Made by a program: the position numbers and the translations under genes
Shown: positions 1 to 11,391 of the stretch, one piece after another
How the letters are laid out: every line of letters begins with the position of its first letter
How positions within the stretch are numbered: position 1 is the first letter of the stretch
The notes under the pieces: model-generated
Seen by the model: the letters and a program-made list of their open reading frames with translations, nothing else
Told to the model about the DNA's origin: nothing
The model's database searches: none
Assembly: GCA_017541885.1 (NCBI GenBank)
Contig: JAFXYF010000005.1
Coordinates: forward strand, 7,835 to 71,834
Direction: 5' to 3'
DNA length: 64,000 nt
Origin: Bacilli bacterium
GTDB taxonomy: Bacteria; Bacillota_I; Bacilli_A; RF39; UBA660

Positions 1-67
1 CAATAATAGGACTCTCAATTCTTTACTTTTTAAGGGTTTTCTAGTAAAATATAGTCTAGGTGATGTG

Positions 68-181
68 ATGAAAAAACTAGGTAATGGCGGATGGGGATTA
101 TCAGCAATGGTTGGTTTTATGATTGCTTTTGCAATATTTTTGATCATCATTGTTATTTTAGCTTATCGTGCTGGATTGTAA
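68..181 (+). CDS. possible 37-aa small membrane peptide (hypothetical)
   Basis: ATG at 68 follows AGGTGA. It translates to MKKLGNGGWGLSAMVGFMIAFAIFLIIIVILAYRAGL, with one hydrophobic helix. It is below the ORF-track length cut-off and I recognise no homology. Confidence 0.25.
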   Translation: MKKLGNGGWGLSAMVGFMIAFAIFLIIIVILAYRAGL

Positions 182-228
182 AATGTATTTAAAAAGGGTG
201 GCTCTAGTCATCTTTTTTTAATTATTTG

Positions 229-257
229 TTGACTTTAATTAGGAGTAGTGTTATATT
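229..257 (+). promoter_or_regulatory. sigma-A type promoter of the str operon
   Basis: TTGACT (229-234), a 17-nt spacer, then TATATT (252-257), about 100 nt upstream of rpsL. A small hairpin (ATCTTTGC/GCAAAGAT) lies in the leader. Confidence 0.5.
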
Positions 258-354
258 ATTAATGCTGATTAAATATCTTTGCTTTTTGGGCAAAGATTTA
301 TTTAAAGGGTAAAATGATACACCTGGATATGTGTAGAGAAAGGAGTTAGATTTA

Positions 355-768
355 ATGCCTACAGTTAACCAATTAGTTCATAAAAAACGTAAGGATAAGG
401 TTAGAAAAAGTAAAGCACCAGTTCTTGGAGTTGGATTAAATACAATCAAGAAAGTTGCTACTGATACTAATTCTCCTCAAAAACGTGGAGTTTGTACTCG
501 TGTTGGTACTAAAACACCTAAAAAGCCAAACTCTGCATTACGTAAATATGCTCGTGTTCGTTTAAGTAACGGAAAAGAAGTTGATACTTATATTCCTGGA
601 ATCGGACACAACTTACAAGAGCACAGTGTTGTATTAATCCGTGGAGGACGTGTTAAGGACTTAATCGGAGTTCGTTATCACATTATTCGTGGAACATTAG
701 ATACAGCTGGTGTTAAAGATCGTAAGCAAGGACGTAGTAAATACGGAGCAAAGAAAGATAAAAAATAA
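355..768 (+). CDS. rpsL: 30S ribosomal protein S12 (uS12)
   Basis: 137 aa starting MPTVNQL, with the KKPNSALRK motif. AGGAG RBS upstream. First gene in the conserved order rpsL-rpsG-fusA-tuf. Confidence 0.98.
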   Translation: MPTVNQLVHKKRKDKVRKSKAPVLGVGLNTIKKVATDTNSPQKRGVCTRVGTKTPKKPNSALRKYARVRLSNGKEVDTYIPGIGHNLQEHSVVLIRGGRVKDLIGVRYHIIRGTLDTAGVKDRKQGRSKYGAKKDKK

Positions 769-800
769 TAACTATATAGATTTGAAGGGAGGATTATAAA

Positions 801-1268
801 ATGCGTAAGAGACGTGCGGTAAAAAGAGATATTTTAGCAGATCCTATATATAACTCTAAGGTAGTTGCAAAACTTATTAATACAATTATGTTAGATGGTA
901 AAAAAGGAATTGCTCAAACAATCGTTTATGAAGCTTTTGATACAGTAAAAACTAAAACTGGAAAAGATGCTTTAGAAGTATTTACTGAAGCAATGGAAAA
1001 TATTCAACCTCAATTAGAAGTTAAGAGCCGTCGTGTTGGTGGTTCTAACTACCAAGTACCAGTTGAGGTTACACCTGCAAGAGGACAAGCTTTAGCACTT
1101 AGATGGCTAACAAAGTATTCTCGTGAGCGTGGTGGAAAAGGTATGGCTGATAATTTAGCCAATGAAATAATTGATGCATCTAATGGAACAGGTGCAGCTG
1201 TTAAAAAACGTGAAGACACTCATAGAATGGCTGAAGCTAATAAGGCTTTCGCTCATTACAGATGGTAG
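801..1268 (+). CDS. rpsG: 30S ribosomal protein S7 (uS7)
   Basis: 155 aa starting [17 protein letters not shown] and ending AFAHYRW. Sits in the str-operon position. Confidence 0.98.
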   Translation: MRKRRAVKRDILADPIYNSKVVAKLINTIMLDGKKGIAQTIVYEAFDTVKTKTGKDALEVFTEAMENIQPQLEVKSRRVGGSNYQVPVEVTPARGQALALRWLTKYSRERGGKGMADNLANEIIDASNGTGAAVKKREDTHRMAEANKAFAHYRW

Positions 1269-1283
1269 AAAGGAGATACTATT

Positions 1284-3353
1284 ATGGCAAGAGATACGTC
1301 TTTAGATAAGACAAGAAATTTCGGTATCATGGCTCACATCGATGCTGGAAAAACAACTTGTACTGAAAGAATTTTGTTTCACACTGGTAAAATCCATAAA
1401 ATAGGTGAAACACATGATGGGGAATCTCAAATGGACTGGATGGAGCAAGAACAAGAGCGTGGTATTACTATCACTTCTGCTGCTACAACAGCTCACTGGA
1501 AAGGTTATCGTTTCAACATTATCGATACTCCAGGACACGTAGACTTCACTATTGAAGTTTCTCGTAGTTTAAGAGTATTAGATGGTGCTGTTGCATTACT
1601 TGATGCACAAGCTGGTGTTGAACCTCAAACTGAAACAGTATGGAGACAAGCATCTGAATTTAAAGTTCCAAGAATTATTTTTGCAAATAAGATGGACAAA
1701 ATGGGTGCTAATTTTGAATATACTTTAAAAACTATTAAAGATCGTTTAGGAGTTAATGCTAAACCAATTGAATGGCCAATCGGTGCAGAAGATAGCTTTA
1801 ATGGTACTATTGATTTAGTTACTATGAAAGCTTATCAATATGATGGTGGTCAAGCTGAGGAAGCTAAAGAAATTGAAATCCCAGCTGATTTAAAAGATAT
1901 TGCTGAAGAAAAGAGAGCAGACTTAATTGATGCAGTTGCTGAATATGATGATGAAATGATGATGACTTACCTTGATGGAGGAGAAGTTACAGTTGAAATG
2001 ATCAAGAAAGCAATTCGTAATGGATGTTTAGCTGCAGAATTCTTCCCAGTAATGTGTGGAACTGCATTAGGAAACATGGGTGTTAAACCTTTACTTGATG
2101 CTGTTATTGATTATTTACCAAGCCCAATTGATGTTGAATCAATTAAGGGAACTGATTTAGATGGTAAAGAAGTTGAAAGACATCCAAAAGATGATGAACC
2201 TTTCGCTGCATTAGCATTCAAAGTTATGACTGATCCATTTGTTGGACGTTTAACTTTCTTCAGAGTTTATTCTGGACACTTAGCTAGTGGCTCATATGTA
2301 TTAAACTCTACAAAAGATTCAAAAGAAAGAATTGGTCGTATTCTTCAAATGCATGCTAATACTCGTACAGAGATTAGTGATGTATATACAGGAGACATTG
2401 CTGCTGCTGTTGGATTAAAGAATACTACTACAGGAGATACTTTATGTGATGAAAAGAAACCAATTATCTTAGAGAGCTTACATGTTCCAGAACCAGTTAT
2501 TCAATTAGCTGTTGAACCAAAGAGTAAAGCTGATCAAGATAAAATGGCTTTAGCATTACAAAAACTTGCTGAAGAAGACCCTACATTCAAAGTTCATACT
2601 GATCATGAAACTGGTCAAACAGTTATCGCTGGTATGGGTGAATTACACCTTGATGTATTAGTTGATCGTATGAAGAGAGAATTTAGTGTTGAAGCAAATG
2701 TTGGTGCTCCACAAGTTGCTTACCGTGAAACAATTAAGCAAGCTGCTGATTGTGAAGGTAAGTATATCAAACAATCTGGTGGTCGTGGACAATACGGACA
2801 CGTTTGGGTTAAGTTCGAGCCAAATCCTGATAAGGGATATGAATTCGTTGACCAAATCGTTGGTGGTGTAGTTCCTCGTGAATATATTCCAGTTGTTGAT
2901 AAAGGATTACAAGAAGCATTACAAACAGGTGTACTTGCAGGATATCCTATGATAGATGTTAAGTGTACATTATTTGATGGTTCATACCATGATGTAGACT
3001 CTAACGAAATGGCATTCAAGATTGCCGCTAGCTTCGCTTTAAAAGAGGCTAAGAATAAATGTAACCCAGTATTACTTGAACCAATCATGAAAGTAGATGT
3101 TACTACTCCAGATGAATATTTCGGTAATGTTATGGGAGATTTAACTTCTCGTCGTGGTAAACCACTAGGACAAGAAAGTCAAGGTAACGCTGTTAAACTT
3201 AGCGCTATGGTTCCACTTTCAGAGATGTTTGGATATGCTACTAACCTTCGTTCTAATACACAAGGTAGAGCAACATTCGTAATGTTCTTCGATCATTATG
3301 AAGAAGTTCCAAAGAACATCGCAGAAGAAATAATTAAAAAGAGTGGAAATTAA
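1284..3353 (+). CDS. fusA: elongation factor G
   Basis: 689 aa with GTPase motifs [14 protein letters not shown] and NKMD. Sits in the str-operon position. Confidence 0.98.
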   Translation: MARDTSLDKTRNFGIMAHIDAGKTTCTERILFHTGKIHKIGETHDGESQMDWMEQEQERGITITSAATTAHWKGYRFNIIDTPGHVDFTIEVSRSLRVLDGAVALLDAQAGVEPQTETVWRQASEFKVPRIIFANKMDKMGANFEYTLKTIKDRLGVNAKPIEWPIGAEDSFNGTIDLVTMKAYQYDGGQAEEAKEIEIPADLKDIAEEKRADLIDAVAEYDDEMMMTYLDGGEVTVEMIKKAIRNGCLAAEFFPVMCGTALGNMGVKPLLDAVIDYLPSPIDVESIKGTDLDGKEVERHPKDDEPFAALAFKVMTDPFVGRLTFFRVYSGHLASGSYVLNSTKDSKERIGRILQMHANTRTEISDVYTGDIAAAVGLKNTTTGDTLCDEKKPIILESLHVPEPVIQLAVEPKSKADQDKMALALQKLAEEDPTFKVHTDHETGQTVIAGMGELHLDVLVDRMKREFSVEANVGAPQVAYRETIKQAADCEGKYIKQSGGRGQYGHVWVKFEPNPDKGYEFVDQIVGGVVPREYIPVVDKGLQEALQTGVLAGYPMIDVKCTLFDGSYHDVDSNEMAFKIAASFALKEAKNKCNPVLLEPIMKVDVTTPDEYFGNVMGDLTSRRGKPLGQESQGNAVKLSAMVPLSEMFGYATNLRSNTQGRATFVMFFDHYEEVPKNIAEEIIKKSGN

Positions 3354-3435
3354 TAAAACCGTATCAAAATAGTTGAAAATTATTCAATTATTAGATAAAA
3401 TATATGTTGTAAATAAATAAGGAGGAAATTATTTT

Positions 3436-4620
3436 ATGGCAAAAGAAAAATTTGATCGTTCAAAACCACATGTTAACGTTGGTACAATTGGACACGTAGA
3501 TCATGGTAAAACTACTTTAACTGCTGCTATTACTAAATGTTTAGCTGGTAAAAACGGAAACCAAGCTGTTGATTTCGCTAACATCGATAAAGCACCAGAA
3601 GAAAGAGAACGTGGTATTACTATCAATACTGCTCATGTTGAGTATAGTACTGATAAGAGACACTACGCTCACGTTGACTGCCCAGGACATGCTGACTATG
3701 TTAAAAACATGATTACTGGAGCTGCTCAAATGGATGGAGCAATCTTAGTTATTGCTGCAACTGATGGACCTATGGCACAAACTCGTGAACATATCTTACT
3801 TGCTCGTCAAGTTGGAGTTCCTAAAATGGTTGTTTTCATGAATAAGTGTGATATGGTTGATGATCCAGAACTATTAGACTTAGTAGAAATGGAAATTCGT
3901 GACTTATTAAACGAATATGGATTCGATGGAGACAATACTCCAATTATCCGTGGTTCTGCTTTAAAAGCTCTTGAAGGTGATCCAGAATGGACTCCAAAAA
4001 TTGATGAATTAATGGATGCTGTTGATACTTGGATTCCAACTCCAGAAAGAGATAATGACAAACCTTTCTTAATGAGTATCGAAGATGTATTCACAATCAC
4101 AGGTCGTGGTACAGTTGTTACTGGACGTGTTGAACGTGGACAATTAAAATTAAATGATGAAGTTGAAATCGTTGGTATTAAACCAACTCAAAAAACAGTT
4201 GTTACTGGAATTGAAATGTTCCGTAAACAATTAGATTATGCTGAAGCTGGAGATAACGCTGGAGTTTTACTTCGTGGTATCGCTCGTGAAGAAGTTGAAA
4301 GAGGACAAGTTCTTGCTAAACCAGGATCTGTTACTCCACATCACAAATTCAAAGCTACAGTTTATATCTTAAGTAAAGAAGAAGGTGGACGTCATACTCC
4401 ATTCTTCAACAACTATCGTCCACAATTCTATTTCAGAACTACTGATGTAACTGGTGTTATTACTTTACCAGAAGGAACTGAAATGGTAATGCCTGGAGAT
4501 AACATTGATATGGATGTTGAATTAATCCATTCAATCGCTCTTGAACAAGGAACTCAATTCTCTATCCGTGAAGGTGGAAGAACTGTAGGTGCTGGTTCAG
4601 TAACTGCAATCGTTGAATAA
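3436..4620 (+). CDS. tuf: elongation factor Tu
   Basis: 394 aa with [17 protein letters not shown] and NKCD motifs. Strong GGAGG RBS. Confidence 0.98.
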   Translation: MAKEKFDRSKPHVNVGTIGHVDHGKTTLTAAITKCLAGKNGNQAVDFANIDKAPEERERGITINTAHVEYSTDKRHYAHVDCPGHADYVKNMITGAAQMDGAILVIAATDGPMAQTREHILLARQVGVPKMVVFMNKCDMVDDPELLDLVEMEIRDLLNEYGFDGDNTPIIRGSALKALEGDPEWTPKIDELMDAVDTWIPTPERDNDKPFLMSIEDVFTITGRGTVVTGRVERGQLKLNDEVEIVGIKPTQKTVVTGIEMFRKQLDYAEAGDNAGVLLRGIAREEVERGQVLAKPGSVTPHHKFKATVYILSKEEGGRHTPFFNNYRPQFYFRTTDVTGVITLPEGTEMVMPGDNIDMDVELIHSIALEQGTQFSIREGGRTVGAGSVTAIVE

Positions 4621-4630
4621 TGATTAATTA

Positions 4631-4658
4631 AAGAGAATCTATTGATTCTCTTTTTTTT
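4631..4658 (+). terminator. rho-independent terminator after tuf
   Basis: Stem AGAGAATC/GATTCTCT followed by a T8 run. Confidence 0.8.
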
Positions 4659-4662
4659 GTGC

Positions 4663-4691
4663 AAAAAAATAAGGAGTGGTTACTCCTTATT
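4663..4691 (-). terminator. rho-independent terminator of the minus-strand femAB-like gene
   Basis: Stem AATAAGGAGT/ACTCCTTATT overlaps the stop codon, and a T7 run follows on the minus strand. Confidence 0.7.
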
Positions 4692-5930
4692 TACTTTCTT
4701 AAATAAATTATATGTGAAGTTATTTAATATAATATCAAATTCTCCAATATATTCTGTTACTAGTGCATCAAATCCTAGCTTAGATTCATTTAATCCAACA
4801 TATGGATTTTCTTTTGGATCTTTATGTTCAAAGTCTCCTGAAATACCATTTAGATTTATATATTTAAATCCTTGTTCATTATAGTCTTCTATTAATTGCC
4901 ATTTTAATAAATAACTAGGATTTACTGTACTATAACCACTGTCTGTACCTTCTGTATAAATATATGCGGCATTATCATATCTAATTACCATTGCACCTGC
5001 GACTATTATTCCTTCAGGTCTTTGTTTTAATAACTCTGTTGCTTTTAATAGATTATTTTTATAAGCATTAATTAATTTATCAGATTCTATTTTCTTATTA
5101 ATTAATTCTTCTCTTTCTTCAGGACTTATTGTCATGTCTTGAATTTGTGATGCGAGATTATCATTTAATTCTTGTTCTCTTTCATAGTTTCTTCTACTAT
5201 TTACTACATAGTTTTCTGTTTTTATTTTTACATAGTAAATATCTATATCTTGTCCAAAGTTATCTACCATTTCTTTATAGAAAGCAAGTGGTTTATGATC
5301 TTTCTTTCCTACATATTGGAATAATTTATTTACATTTTTAGTTGGATCTTTTTCAACTACTAAACCATTATTTTTTGCTTTTCTAATTTTATTTCTAGTT
5401 CTTTTATCTATTTTAGCAAATAATTGTCTTACATCTCTTTGAAGAGTTACTATTGCTTCCCATCTAGGTTTTTCTGTTTCGAAGTTTAGGTTTTTACCAA
5501 AGAAATCAAAACCAGCATTTTCTAAATTATCTAGAATTTCATTTCCACCTTCACTGATATTTAGAATATTTCCTTCTTCGTCTCTTATTGTTAGAGGGAT
5601 ACATGGATCAATTCTTAATAACATGAAGTTTTGTTTTCCTAATTTTTCTCTTAATAATCTAGACATTTCTAAAAGAGCTTCTCTATTATCATAATCAAAT
5701 AATATTCCTCTTGGAGCATATGCTATTTTATTACCTCTCCAAACTTCTTTATATATAACTAGTGTGGCACCTATAAGTTTATTGTATTCATTTACAAATC
5801 CTAAATATTGACTACGATATCCAAATTTGGCCATTACTGATCCAAACATTGATGTTTGATGATAATTACGAAATTTATGATTGGATGCAAATTTGTCAAA
5901 TTGAGCAGGATTTAATTTTACTATTTTCAT
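4680..5930 (-). CDS. FemAB-family peptidoglycan interpeptide-bridge aminoacyltransferase (FemX/MurM-like)
   Basis: 416 aa. The N-terminus (FDKFASNH...HQTSMFGSVMAKFGY...AYAPRGILFDY) is typical of FemABX. A central coiled-coil insert and a C-terminal GNAT-like half ending LNESKLGF match the family. Confidence 0.85.
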   Translation of the reverse strand: MKIVKLNPAQFDKFASNHKFRNYHQTSMFGSVMAKFGYRSQYLGFVNEYNKLIGATLVIYKEVWRGNKIAYAPRGILFDYDNREALLEMSRLLREKLGKQNFMLLRIDPCIPLTIRDEEGNILNISEGGNEILDNLENAGFDFFGKNLNFETEKPRWEAIVTLQRDVRQLFAKIDKRTRNKIRKAKNNGLVVEKDPTKNVNKLFQYVGKKDHKPLAFYKEMVDNFGQDIDIYYVKIKTENYVVNSRRNYEREQELNDNLASQIQDMTISPEEREELINKKIESDKLINAYKNNLLKATELLKQRPEGIIVAGAMVIRYDNAAYIYTEGTDSGYSTVNPSYLLKWQLIEDYNEQGFKYINLNGISGDFEHKDPKENPYVGLNESKLGFDALVTEYIGEFDIILNNFTYNLFKKVNKE

Positions 5931-6041
5931 CTCTAGCCACTTCCTTATTCTTTCTCATTATAACATATTTAATTATGACCTTTCAATAAAGATATTAAAT
6001 GATTTTACTATATTATGTAGTATAATAGTTTTGGTGATATT

Positions 6042-7397
6042 ATGTTTGAACACAATAAGATACTTATATTAGGATTTGCGAGAAGTGGATATGAAGCTGC
6101 GAAAGTATTAATTGAAAGAGGAAATGAAGTAATACTAAATGATGCGAAAGATGAAGAGAAACTCGAGGGAGATAAAATTAAAGAATTAAGAGATTTAGGA
6201 GTATCTTTAGTATTTGGAACTCATCCTGATGACTTACTTGATGAATCATTTGATTACTTGATTAAAAATCCTGGAGTACCAATAGATCATAAATATGTTT
6301 TAAAAGCTAGAGAACTTGGAATAGAAGTTATTAATGAAGTTGAGATGGCTTATAGATTATTACCTAAAGGAGTTAGTATTGTAGGAATTACTGGGACTAA
6401 TGGTAAGACTACAACTACAACATTAACTTATGAAATTTTACATAATTATTATGGAGATAGAGTAGTACTTGCGGGTAATATTGGGTATCCTTTAAGTAGT
6501 GTTTTAAAAGATATAAAAGAAGATACTATTTTGGTTATGGAAGTATCTTGTCAACAGGGAGAAAATTTAAAAGAATTTCATCCTCATGTAGGAGTTGTGA
6601 CTAATTTTAGTGAGGCTCATATTGATTTTATGAAGACTTATGAACACTATATGGAAGTTAAGGCTAAAATGTTTTATAAACAGTGTGAAGATGATATTGC
6701 GATTATGAATTATAGTAATAGTGATGTAATGAATGAGCTAAGAAATATTAAATCTATTAAGAAATATTTTACTTCTAAAGAAGATGTATCAGGATGTCAT
6801 TTAGTTGATAGAGATATTTATTATTATGATGAATTTATTATGAGTATTGATGATATTAAGATAAAGGGCATGCATAATGTAGAAAATTCTATGGCAGCAA
6901 TTATGGTTGCGAAAGAGTATAGTGTACCTAATGAAGTGATTGTTTCTACAATATCTAATTTTAGAGGAGTAGAGCATAGGCTAGAATATGTTGATACAGT
7001 TAATGGAGTAGAGTTCTATAATGATACAGAAGCTACTAATATTAAGTGTACGCAAATTGCTTTATCTTCTTTTAATAAGCCTACTATTATTATTTTAGGT
7101 GGAATGGAAAGAGGTCAAAATTTTGATGATTTAGTTCCTTATATGGAACATGTTAAATGTATTATTGCGATAGGTACTTGTCGTAATAGAGTTCTTGAAT
7201 TTGGAGAGAGGAATAGTATTCCTACATATGCTTTTGAGTTTTTAAAAGATGGATTCAAGAAATGCTTTCAAGAGTCAGAAGCTGGTGATATAATATTATT
7301 GAGTCCAGCATCTGCTTCATGGGATCAATACAAAGAGTGTGAAGTTAGAGGAGCTGAATTTAAACAATTAGTGGAGGAGATAAAAAATGAAAATTAA
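6042..7397 (+). CDS. murD: UDP-N-acetylmuramoyl-L-alanine--D-glutamate ligase
   Basis: 451 aa. N-terminal Rossmann fold (ILGFARSG), the Mur ligase P-loop [11 protein letters not shown], and [10 protein letters not shown] near the C-terminus. Confidence 0.9.
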   Translation: MFEHNKILILGFARSGYEAAKVLIERGNEVILNDAKDEEKLEGDKIKELRDLGVSLVFGTHPDDLLDESFDYLIKNPGVPIDHKYVLKARELGIEVINEVEMAYRLLPKGVSIVGITGTNGKTTTTTLTYEILHNYYGDRVVLAGNIGYPLSSVLKDIKEDTILVMEVSCQQGENLKEFHPHVGVVTNFSEAHIDFMKTYEHYMEVKAKMFYKQCEDDIAIMNYSNSDVMNELRNIKSIKKYFTSKEDVSGCHLVDRDIYYYDEFIMSIDDIKIKGMHNVENSMAAIMVAKEYSVPNEVIVSTISNFRGVEHRLEYVDTVNGVEFYNDTEATNIKCTQIALSSFNKPTIIILGGMERGQNFDDLVPYMEHVKCIIAIGTCRNRVLEFGERNSIPTYAFEFLKDGFKKCFQESEAGDIILLSPASASWDQYKECEVRGAEFKQLVEEIKNEN

Positions 7398-8616
7398 AGA
7401 CGTAATTGGTAGAGAGATTTTAGATTCTCGTGGAAATCCTACTGTTGAAGTAGATGTTATTCTAGAGAATGGAATTATGGGTAGAGCTGCAGTACCTTCT
7501 GGTGCATCTACTGGAGAAAGAGAAGCATTAGAATTAAGAGATGGAGACAAATCTAGATTCTTAGGAAAAGGTACTTTAAAAGCTGTTGCAAATGTTAATG
7601 GACCATTAAGAGATTTAGTTATTGGAATGGATGCTGCTGACCAAAAAGCATTAGACTATGCAATGATTGAATTAGATGGTACTGAGACTAAATCTAAATT
7701 TGGAGCTAATGCTATTTTAGGTATTAGTATGGCTGCAATGAAGGCTAGTGCTATTGAAGCTGGAAAACCATTATATAGATATATTGGAAATGGTACTACA
7801 CTTCCAAAACCAATGATGAATATTATTAATGGTGGTGCTCATGCAGATAATAAACTTGATTTCCAAGAGTTTATGATTATTCCACAAAGAGATACTATTC
7901 ATGAAAGAGTTAGAGTTGGAGCTGAAGTTTTCCACAACTTAAAGAAAGTTTTAAATGAAAAAGGTTTAGCAACTGGTGTTGGTGATGAAGGAGGATTTGC
8001 TCCTGATCTACAATCTAATACTGAAGGTTTTGAACTTATTATGGAAGCTATTAGAAGAGCTGGATATGAACCTGGAAAAGATGTTTGTATGGGAATTGAT
8101 GTAGCTGCTTCTGAGTTCTATGATAATGGTAAATATAATTTAGTAGGAGAAGGAAGAAGTTTAACTACTGATGAGTTAATTGATTTCTATGAAGAATTAG
8201 TTAATAAATATCCAATTATTTCTATTGAAGATCCAGTAGATGAAAATGATTGGGAAGGATTTACTAAGATTACTGAGAGATTAGGAGATAGAATCCAATT
8301 AGTAGGAGACGATTTATTCGTTACTAATAAGAAATGTTTACAAATGGGAATTGATAAACATGCTGGAAATGCAATTCTATTAAAAGTTAATCAAATTGGT
8401 ACTATTACTGAAACATTAGAGACTATTGAACTTGCTAGAAATAATGGATATGCTACTGTTATTTCTCATAGATCTGGAGAAACTGAGGATACTACAATTG
8501 CTGATTTAGCAGTTGGACTTGATTTAGGACAAATTAAGACTGGATCTATGTCTCGTACTGATAGAATTTGTAAATATAATCAATTAATGAGAATTGAAGA
8601 AGAATTAAGCAAGTAA
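7387..8616 (+). CDS. eno: enolase (phosphopyruvate hydratase)
   Basis: 409 aa with [28 protein letters not shown] and [17 protein letters not shown]. The start overlaps the end of murD. GGAGGAG RBS. Confidence 0.97.
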   Translation: MKIKDVIGREILDSRGNPTVEVDVILENGIMGRAAVPSGASTGEREALELRDGDKSRFLGKGTLKAVANVNGPLRDLVIGMDAADQKALDYAMIELDGTETKSKFGANAILGISMAAMKASAIEAGKPLYRYIGNGTTLPKPMMNIINGGAHADNKLDFQEFMIIPQRDTIHERVRVGAEVFHNLKKVLNEKGLATGVGDEGGFAPDLQSNTEGFELIMEAIRRAGYEPGKDVCMGIDVAASEFYDNGKYNLVGEGRSLTTDELIDFYEELVNKYPIISIEDPVDENDWEGFTKITERLGDRIQLVGDDLFVTNKKCLQMGIDKHAGNAILLKVNQIGTITETLETIELARNNGYATVISHRSGETEDTTIADLAVGLDLGQIKTGSMSRTDRICKYNQLMRIEEELSK

Positions 8617-8669
8617 TTGCTTTCTTCTTTTTTTTTTGATATAATATAGCCAGTTTGGAGATGCATTCT

Positions 8670-9440
8670 ATGATTAGAAATTTTATTTTAGGTGATAATG
8701 CATTACAAATTTTAGAGACTGGCAATAAATATGGTACTATGAGTACTTCTGAGGCCTTTTATCCAGAATCTTATACACAAGAGATGCGTTGGTCTGATTT
8801 TTTAAAAAGACGTAGTATTGTTGGAAAGATACATGGATTTGATGGTCGTAAGATGTTTATGGCTGATCAAGAACATAAAAAAGGTAGCTGGTTTGAAATA
8901 ACTAAAGAGTATGTTAAAGCTCATCCTGAAGGATGGACTGATATACCTGAAGATATTTTGATAGTTACTGATAAGACTCCTGGAGTAGTAATAGGACATC
9001 CTGTAGCAGATTGCCCTGTTGTGATGGCTTATGATATTAAGAATAAAGCTGTTGCGATTGGACATTGTAGTGCAGCTCTTATTGATAAGAAGATGCCTAA
9101 GCTTGTTATTGATGCTTTAGAGGAAGCTCATGCTAGTAAGGATGAAGATATTCATGTCTATGTGTCTGCTTGTGCAGGAAAAGAATGGACTTATGATAAA
9201 TATCCTAATTGGGCAACTGATTCTAATGTATGGGATGATGCAATTACTCTTGGGGATGATAGACTTTACCATATTGATTTAAAAAAGGCAGTTCTAAAAC
9301 AATTAAAGGAAAGAAATATTAGTAATATTGATCTTAGTGATGTCGATACTATAAAAGATCCAGATTATTATTCTAATAGTGCTGCAAAGGATGATCCTAG
9401 TAAACAAGGAAGAAATTTTGCAGGAGTATTCTTTCATTAA
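8670..9440 (+). CDS. DUF152/YfiH (PgeF)-like laccase-domain protein, divergent
   Basis: The VADCPVV motif and the C-terminal YYSNS...GRNFAGVF resemble the YfiH family. The usual HAGWRG box reads IGHCSAAL. I prefer the start at 8670 because of the GGAG RBS; the ORF track starts at 8655. Confidence 0.6.
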   Translation: MIRNFILGDNALQILETGNKYGTMSTSEAFYPESYTQEMRWSDFLKRRSIVGKIHGFDGRKMFMADQEHKKGSWFEITKEYVKAHPEGWTDIPEDILIVTDKTPGVVIGHPVADCPVVMAYDIKNKAVAIGHCSAALIDKKMPKLVIDALEEAHASKDEDIHVYVSACAGKEWTYDKYPNWATDSNVWDDAITLGDDRLYHIDLKKAVLKQLKERNISNIDLSDVDTIKDPDYYSNSAAKDDPSKQGRNFAGVFFH

Positions 9441-9444
9441 TATC

Positions 9445-9636
9445 GTAATAAAAGACATAACTTTATGAGCTCTTATAACAGTGATTTAGGGATAGTGTGA
9501 ACCTAATTATAATCTTATATTGTTCCTACTTTTATGATGGATTTATCCCGGTGTATACACCGTTATCAAAAAAAGAGAAATTAAGGATGGTACCGTGCTT
9601 ATTGCACTCCTTTGGGTACCATCCTTTTTATTTTAG
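9445..9636 (+). promoter_or_regulatory. T-box riboswitch leader (proline specifier candidate)
   Basis: The conserved T-box sequence AAGGATGGTACCGTGC lies at 9583-9598. A terminator stem AAGGATGGTACC/GGGTACCATCCTT and T-run overlap it, which is the usual antiterminator/terminator alternative. An AGTGTGAA-type distal-loop element is present. The candidate specifier is CCT followed by a purine at 9525-9528. Confidence 0.8.
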
Positions 9637-9647
9637 GAGGTAGTAGT

Positions 9648-11321
9648 ATGAAATTAAGTAATAGTTATTTCTTTACAAAGAAAGAAGATGCAAAGGATGA
9701 AGAAGCAATAAGTGGAAACTTACTAGTTAGATCTGGAATGATCAAAAAGGCAGGTAGTGGAATTTATATTTTCTTACCTTTAGGATTAAAGGTACTTCGT
9801 AAGATTGAAAATATTGTTCGTGAAGAGATGAATAATATAGATTCACAGGAGTTAGTTATGCCGTCATTACTTCCTGAAGATTATTATATTGATAGTGGAA
9901 GACGTGATGTATTTGGTGATGATATGTTTTCATTACATGATAGAGCAGGAAGAAATTATGTTTTAGGTCCTACTCATGAGGAATTATTCGCAGATGTTTG
10001 TCGTGATGTAATTCAATCTTATAAAGATATGCCTATTAGTTTATATCAAATGGCTAATAAATATAGAGATGAAACTAGACCTAGATATGGATTAATAAGA
10101 ACTAGAGAATTTGTAATGAAAGATGCATATACTTTTGATAAAGATCTTGATGGATTAGATATTGCCTATAATAAAATGTTTGAGGCATATAAGAAAATAT
10201 TTGATCGTATTGGTCTTGATTATAAAATAGTTCGTGCTGCGACTGGTGCGATGGGAGGATTATTATCAGAAGAATTCCAAGCAATTACTGATATTGGTGA
10301 AGATATTGTTGTTACTTGTGAGTCTTGTGATTTAGCAACTAATATTGAGATATGTCCTTGTAGTAAAGAGACTGTTAGTGATGAAGAAGAGCTTGCAATT
10401 GAGGAGATTCATACTCCTAATTGTGGAACAATTGCTGATATTGAGAATAATTATCATATTCCTGCAGAGAAATTATGTAAGACTATGATTTATAAAGTTG
10501 ATGGTAAATTCTATGCATTTATGGTACGTGGAGATAGAGAAGTTAATGAATACAAGATATCTCAATTATTTGGTGGAAAAAATGTTGAGATGGCAACATT
10601 AGAAGAAGATGAAGAGGTTACTGGAGCTGCAGTTGGTTTTGCTGGACCTATAGGTTTATCTGTTCCAGTAATAATTGATACAGAGGTTTTAGGTATGAAG
10701 AACTTTGTTGTTGGTGCTAATAAAACTGATTATCACTTTACTAATGTTAATGTTAAAGATTTTAAATATGAGAATGTAGCAGATATCAGAAATGTATGTG
10801 AAGATGATGTTTGCCCTAACTGTGGAGGAAAACTAGTATTTAAACATGGTATTGAAGTTGGTAATACATTTAAATTAGGTACTAAATATTCTGAATCTAT
10901 GGGACTTTATTATGCAGATGAAAACAATGAATTAAAGCCTGTTTATATGGGATCTTATGGAATAGGCCCTGCAAGAATACTTGCTTCTGTTATTGAACAA
11001 AATCATGATGATAATGGTATTATATTCCCAGAGATTATTGCACCATTTGATTTAGAAATTGTAATTGTTGATATGAAGAATGAAGAACAAGTAAAAGTTG
11101 GATTTGAACTATATGAATATTTCACTAAAAAAGGATTAGATGTTTTACTTGATGATAGAGATATTCGTGCTGGAGGCAAGTTCAAAGATGCAGATTTAAT
11201 TGGTGTTCCAAAACGTATTGTAGTAGGTAGAGGAATTGCTGAAAATAAGGTTGAATTAAAGGATAGAAAAACTGGAGAATCTGCTGAAATTTCAATAGAA
11301 GAAATAAAGGAAACTTTTTAA
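9648..11321 (+). CDS. proS: prolyl-tRNA synthetase
   Basis: The N-terminus MKLSNSYFFTKKEDAKD is typical of ProS. Class II core motifs are present, along with a zinc-type CPNCGG element and an anticodon-binding C-terminus. The start is moved to the ATG at 9648 (AGGAGG RBS) because the track start at 9612 lies inside the T-box terminator. Confidence 0.95.
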   Translation: MKLSNSYFFTKKEDAKDEEAISGNLLVRSGMIKKAGSGIYIFLPLGLKVLRKIENIVREEMNNIDSQELVMPSLLPEDYYIDSGRRDVFGDDMFSLHDRAGRNYVLGPTHEELFADVCRDVIQSYKDMPISLYQMANKYRDETRPRYGLIRTREFVMKDAYTFDKDLDGLDIAYNKMFEAYKKIFDRIGLDYKIVRAATGAMGGLLSEEFQAITDIGEDIVVTCESCDLATNIEICPCSKETVSDEEELAIEEIHTPNCGTIADIENNYHIPAEKLCKTMIYKVDGKFYAFMVRGDREVNEYKISQLFGGKNVEMATLEEDEEVTGAAVGFAGPIGLSVPVIIDTEVLGMKNFVVGANKTDYHFTNVNVKDFKYENVADIRNVCEDDVCPNCGGKLVFKHGIEVGNTFKLGTKYSESMGLYYADENNELKPVYMGSYGIGPARILASVIEQNHDDNGIIFPEIIAPFDLEIVIVDMKNEEQVKVGFELYEYFTKKGLDVLLDDRDIRAGGKFKDADLIGVPKRIVVGRGIAENKVELKDRKTGESAEISIEEIKETF

Positions 11322-11332
11322 GTTTCCTTTTT
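11307..11332 (+). terminator. rho-independent terminator after proS
   Basis: Stem AAGGAAACT/AGTTTCCTT with a T-run. It overlaps the proS stop codon. Confidence 0.7.
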
Positions 11333-11340
11333 CATTTAAA

Positions 11341-11369
11341 TTGACTTTAATACCTATTTTCTATATAAT
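11341..11369 (+). promoter_or_regulatory. near-consensus sigma-A promoter in front of essC
   Basis: TTGACT (11341-11346), a 17-nt spacer, then TATAAT (11364-11369), about 25-30 nt upstream of the essC start. Confidence 0.6.
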
Positions 11370-11391
11370 AAAATAAGAGAATGGTAAAAGG

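Noticed and set aside
1302-4100. Antisense or alternative-frame track ORFs inside fusA and tuf (1302-1538, 2658-2855, 2686-2871, 2720-3088, 3541-3729, 3807-4100)
   Set aside because: They lie entirely within highly conserved genes on the other strand or frame. They have no RBS and a low-complexity composition typical of shadow ORFs in AT-rich DNA. The same applies to the other embedded short ORFs in the track: 4642-4884, 5129-5341, 7368-7550, 8802-9065, 10102-10284, 11003-11185, 11398-11640, 16597-17430, 19191-19415, 20716-21057, 22041-22235, 26173-26373, 28511-28705, 31861-32055, 32617-32805, 43072-43278, 45535-45750, 48560-48787, 49223-49698, 52190-52399, 53516-53716 and 57759-57965.
9612-9647. 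N-terminal extension of proS in the ORF track (MGTILFILGGSS)
   Set aside because: This stretch is the 3' half of the T-box terminator hairpin and its T-run. The ATG at 9648 has an AGGAGG RBS and gives a typical ProS N-terminus.
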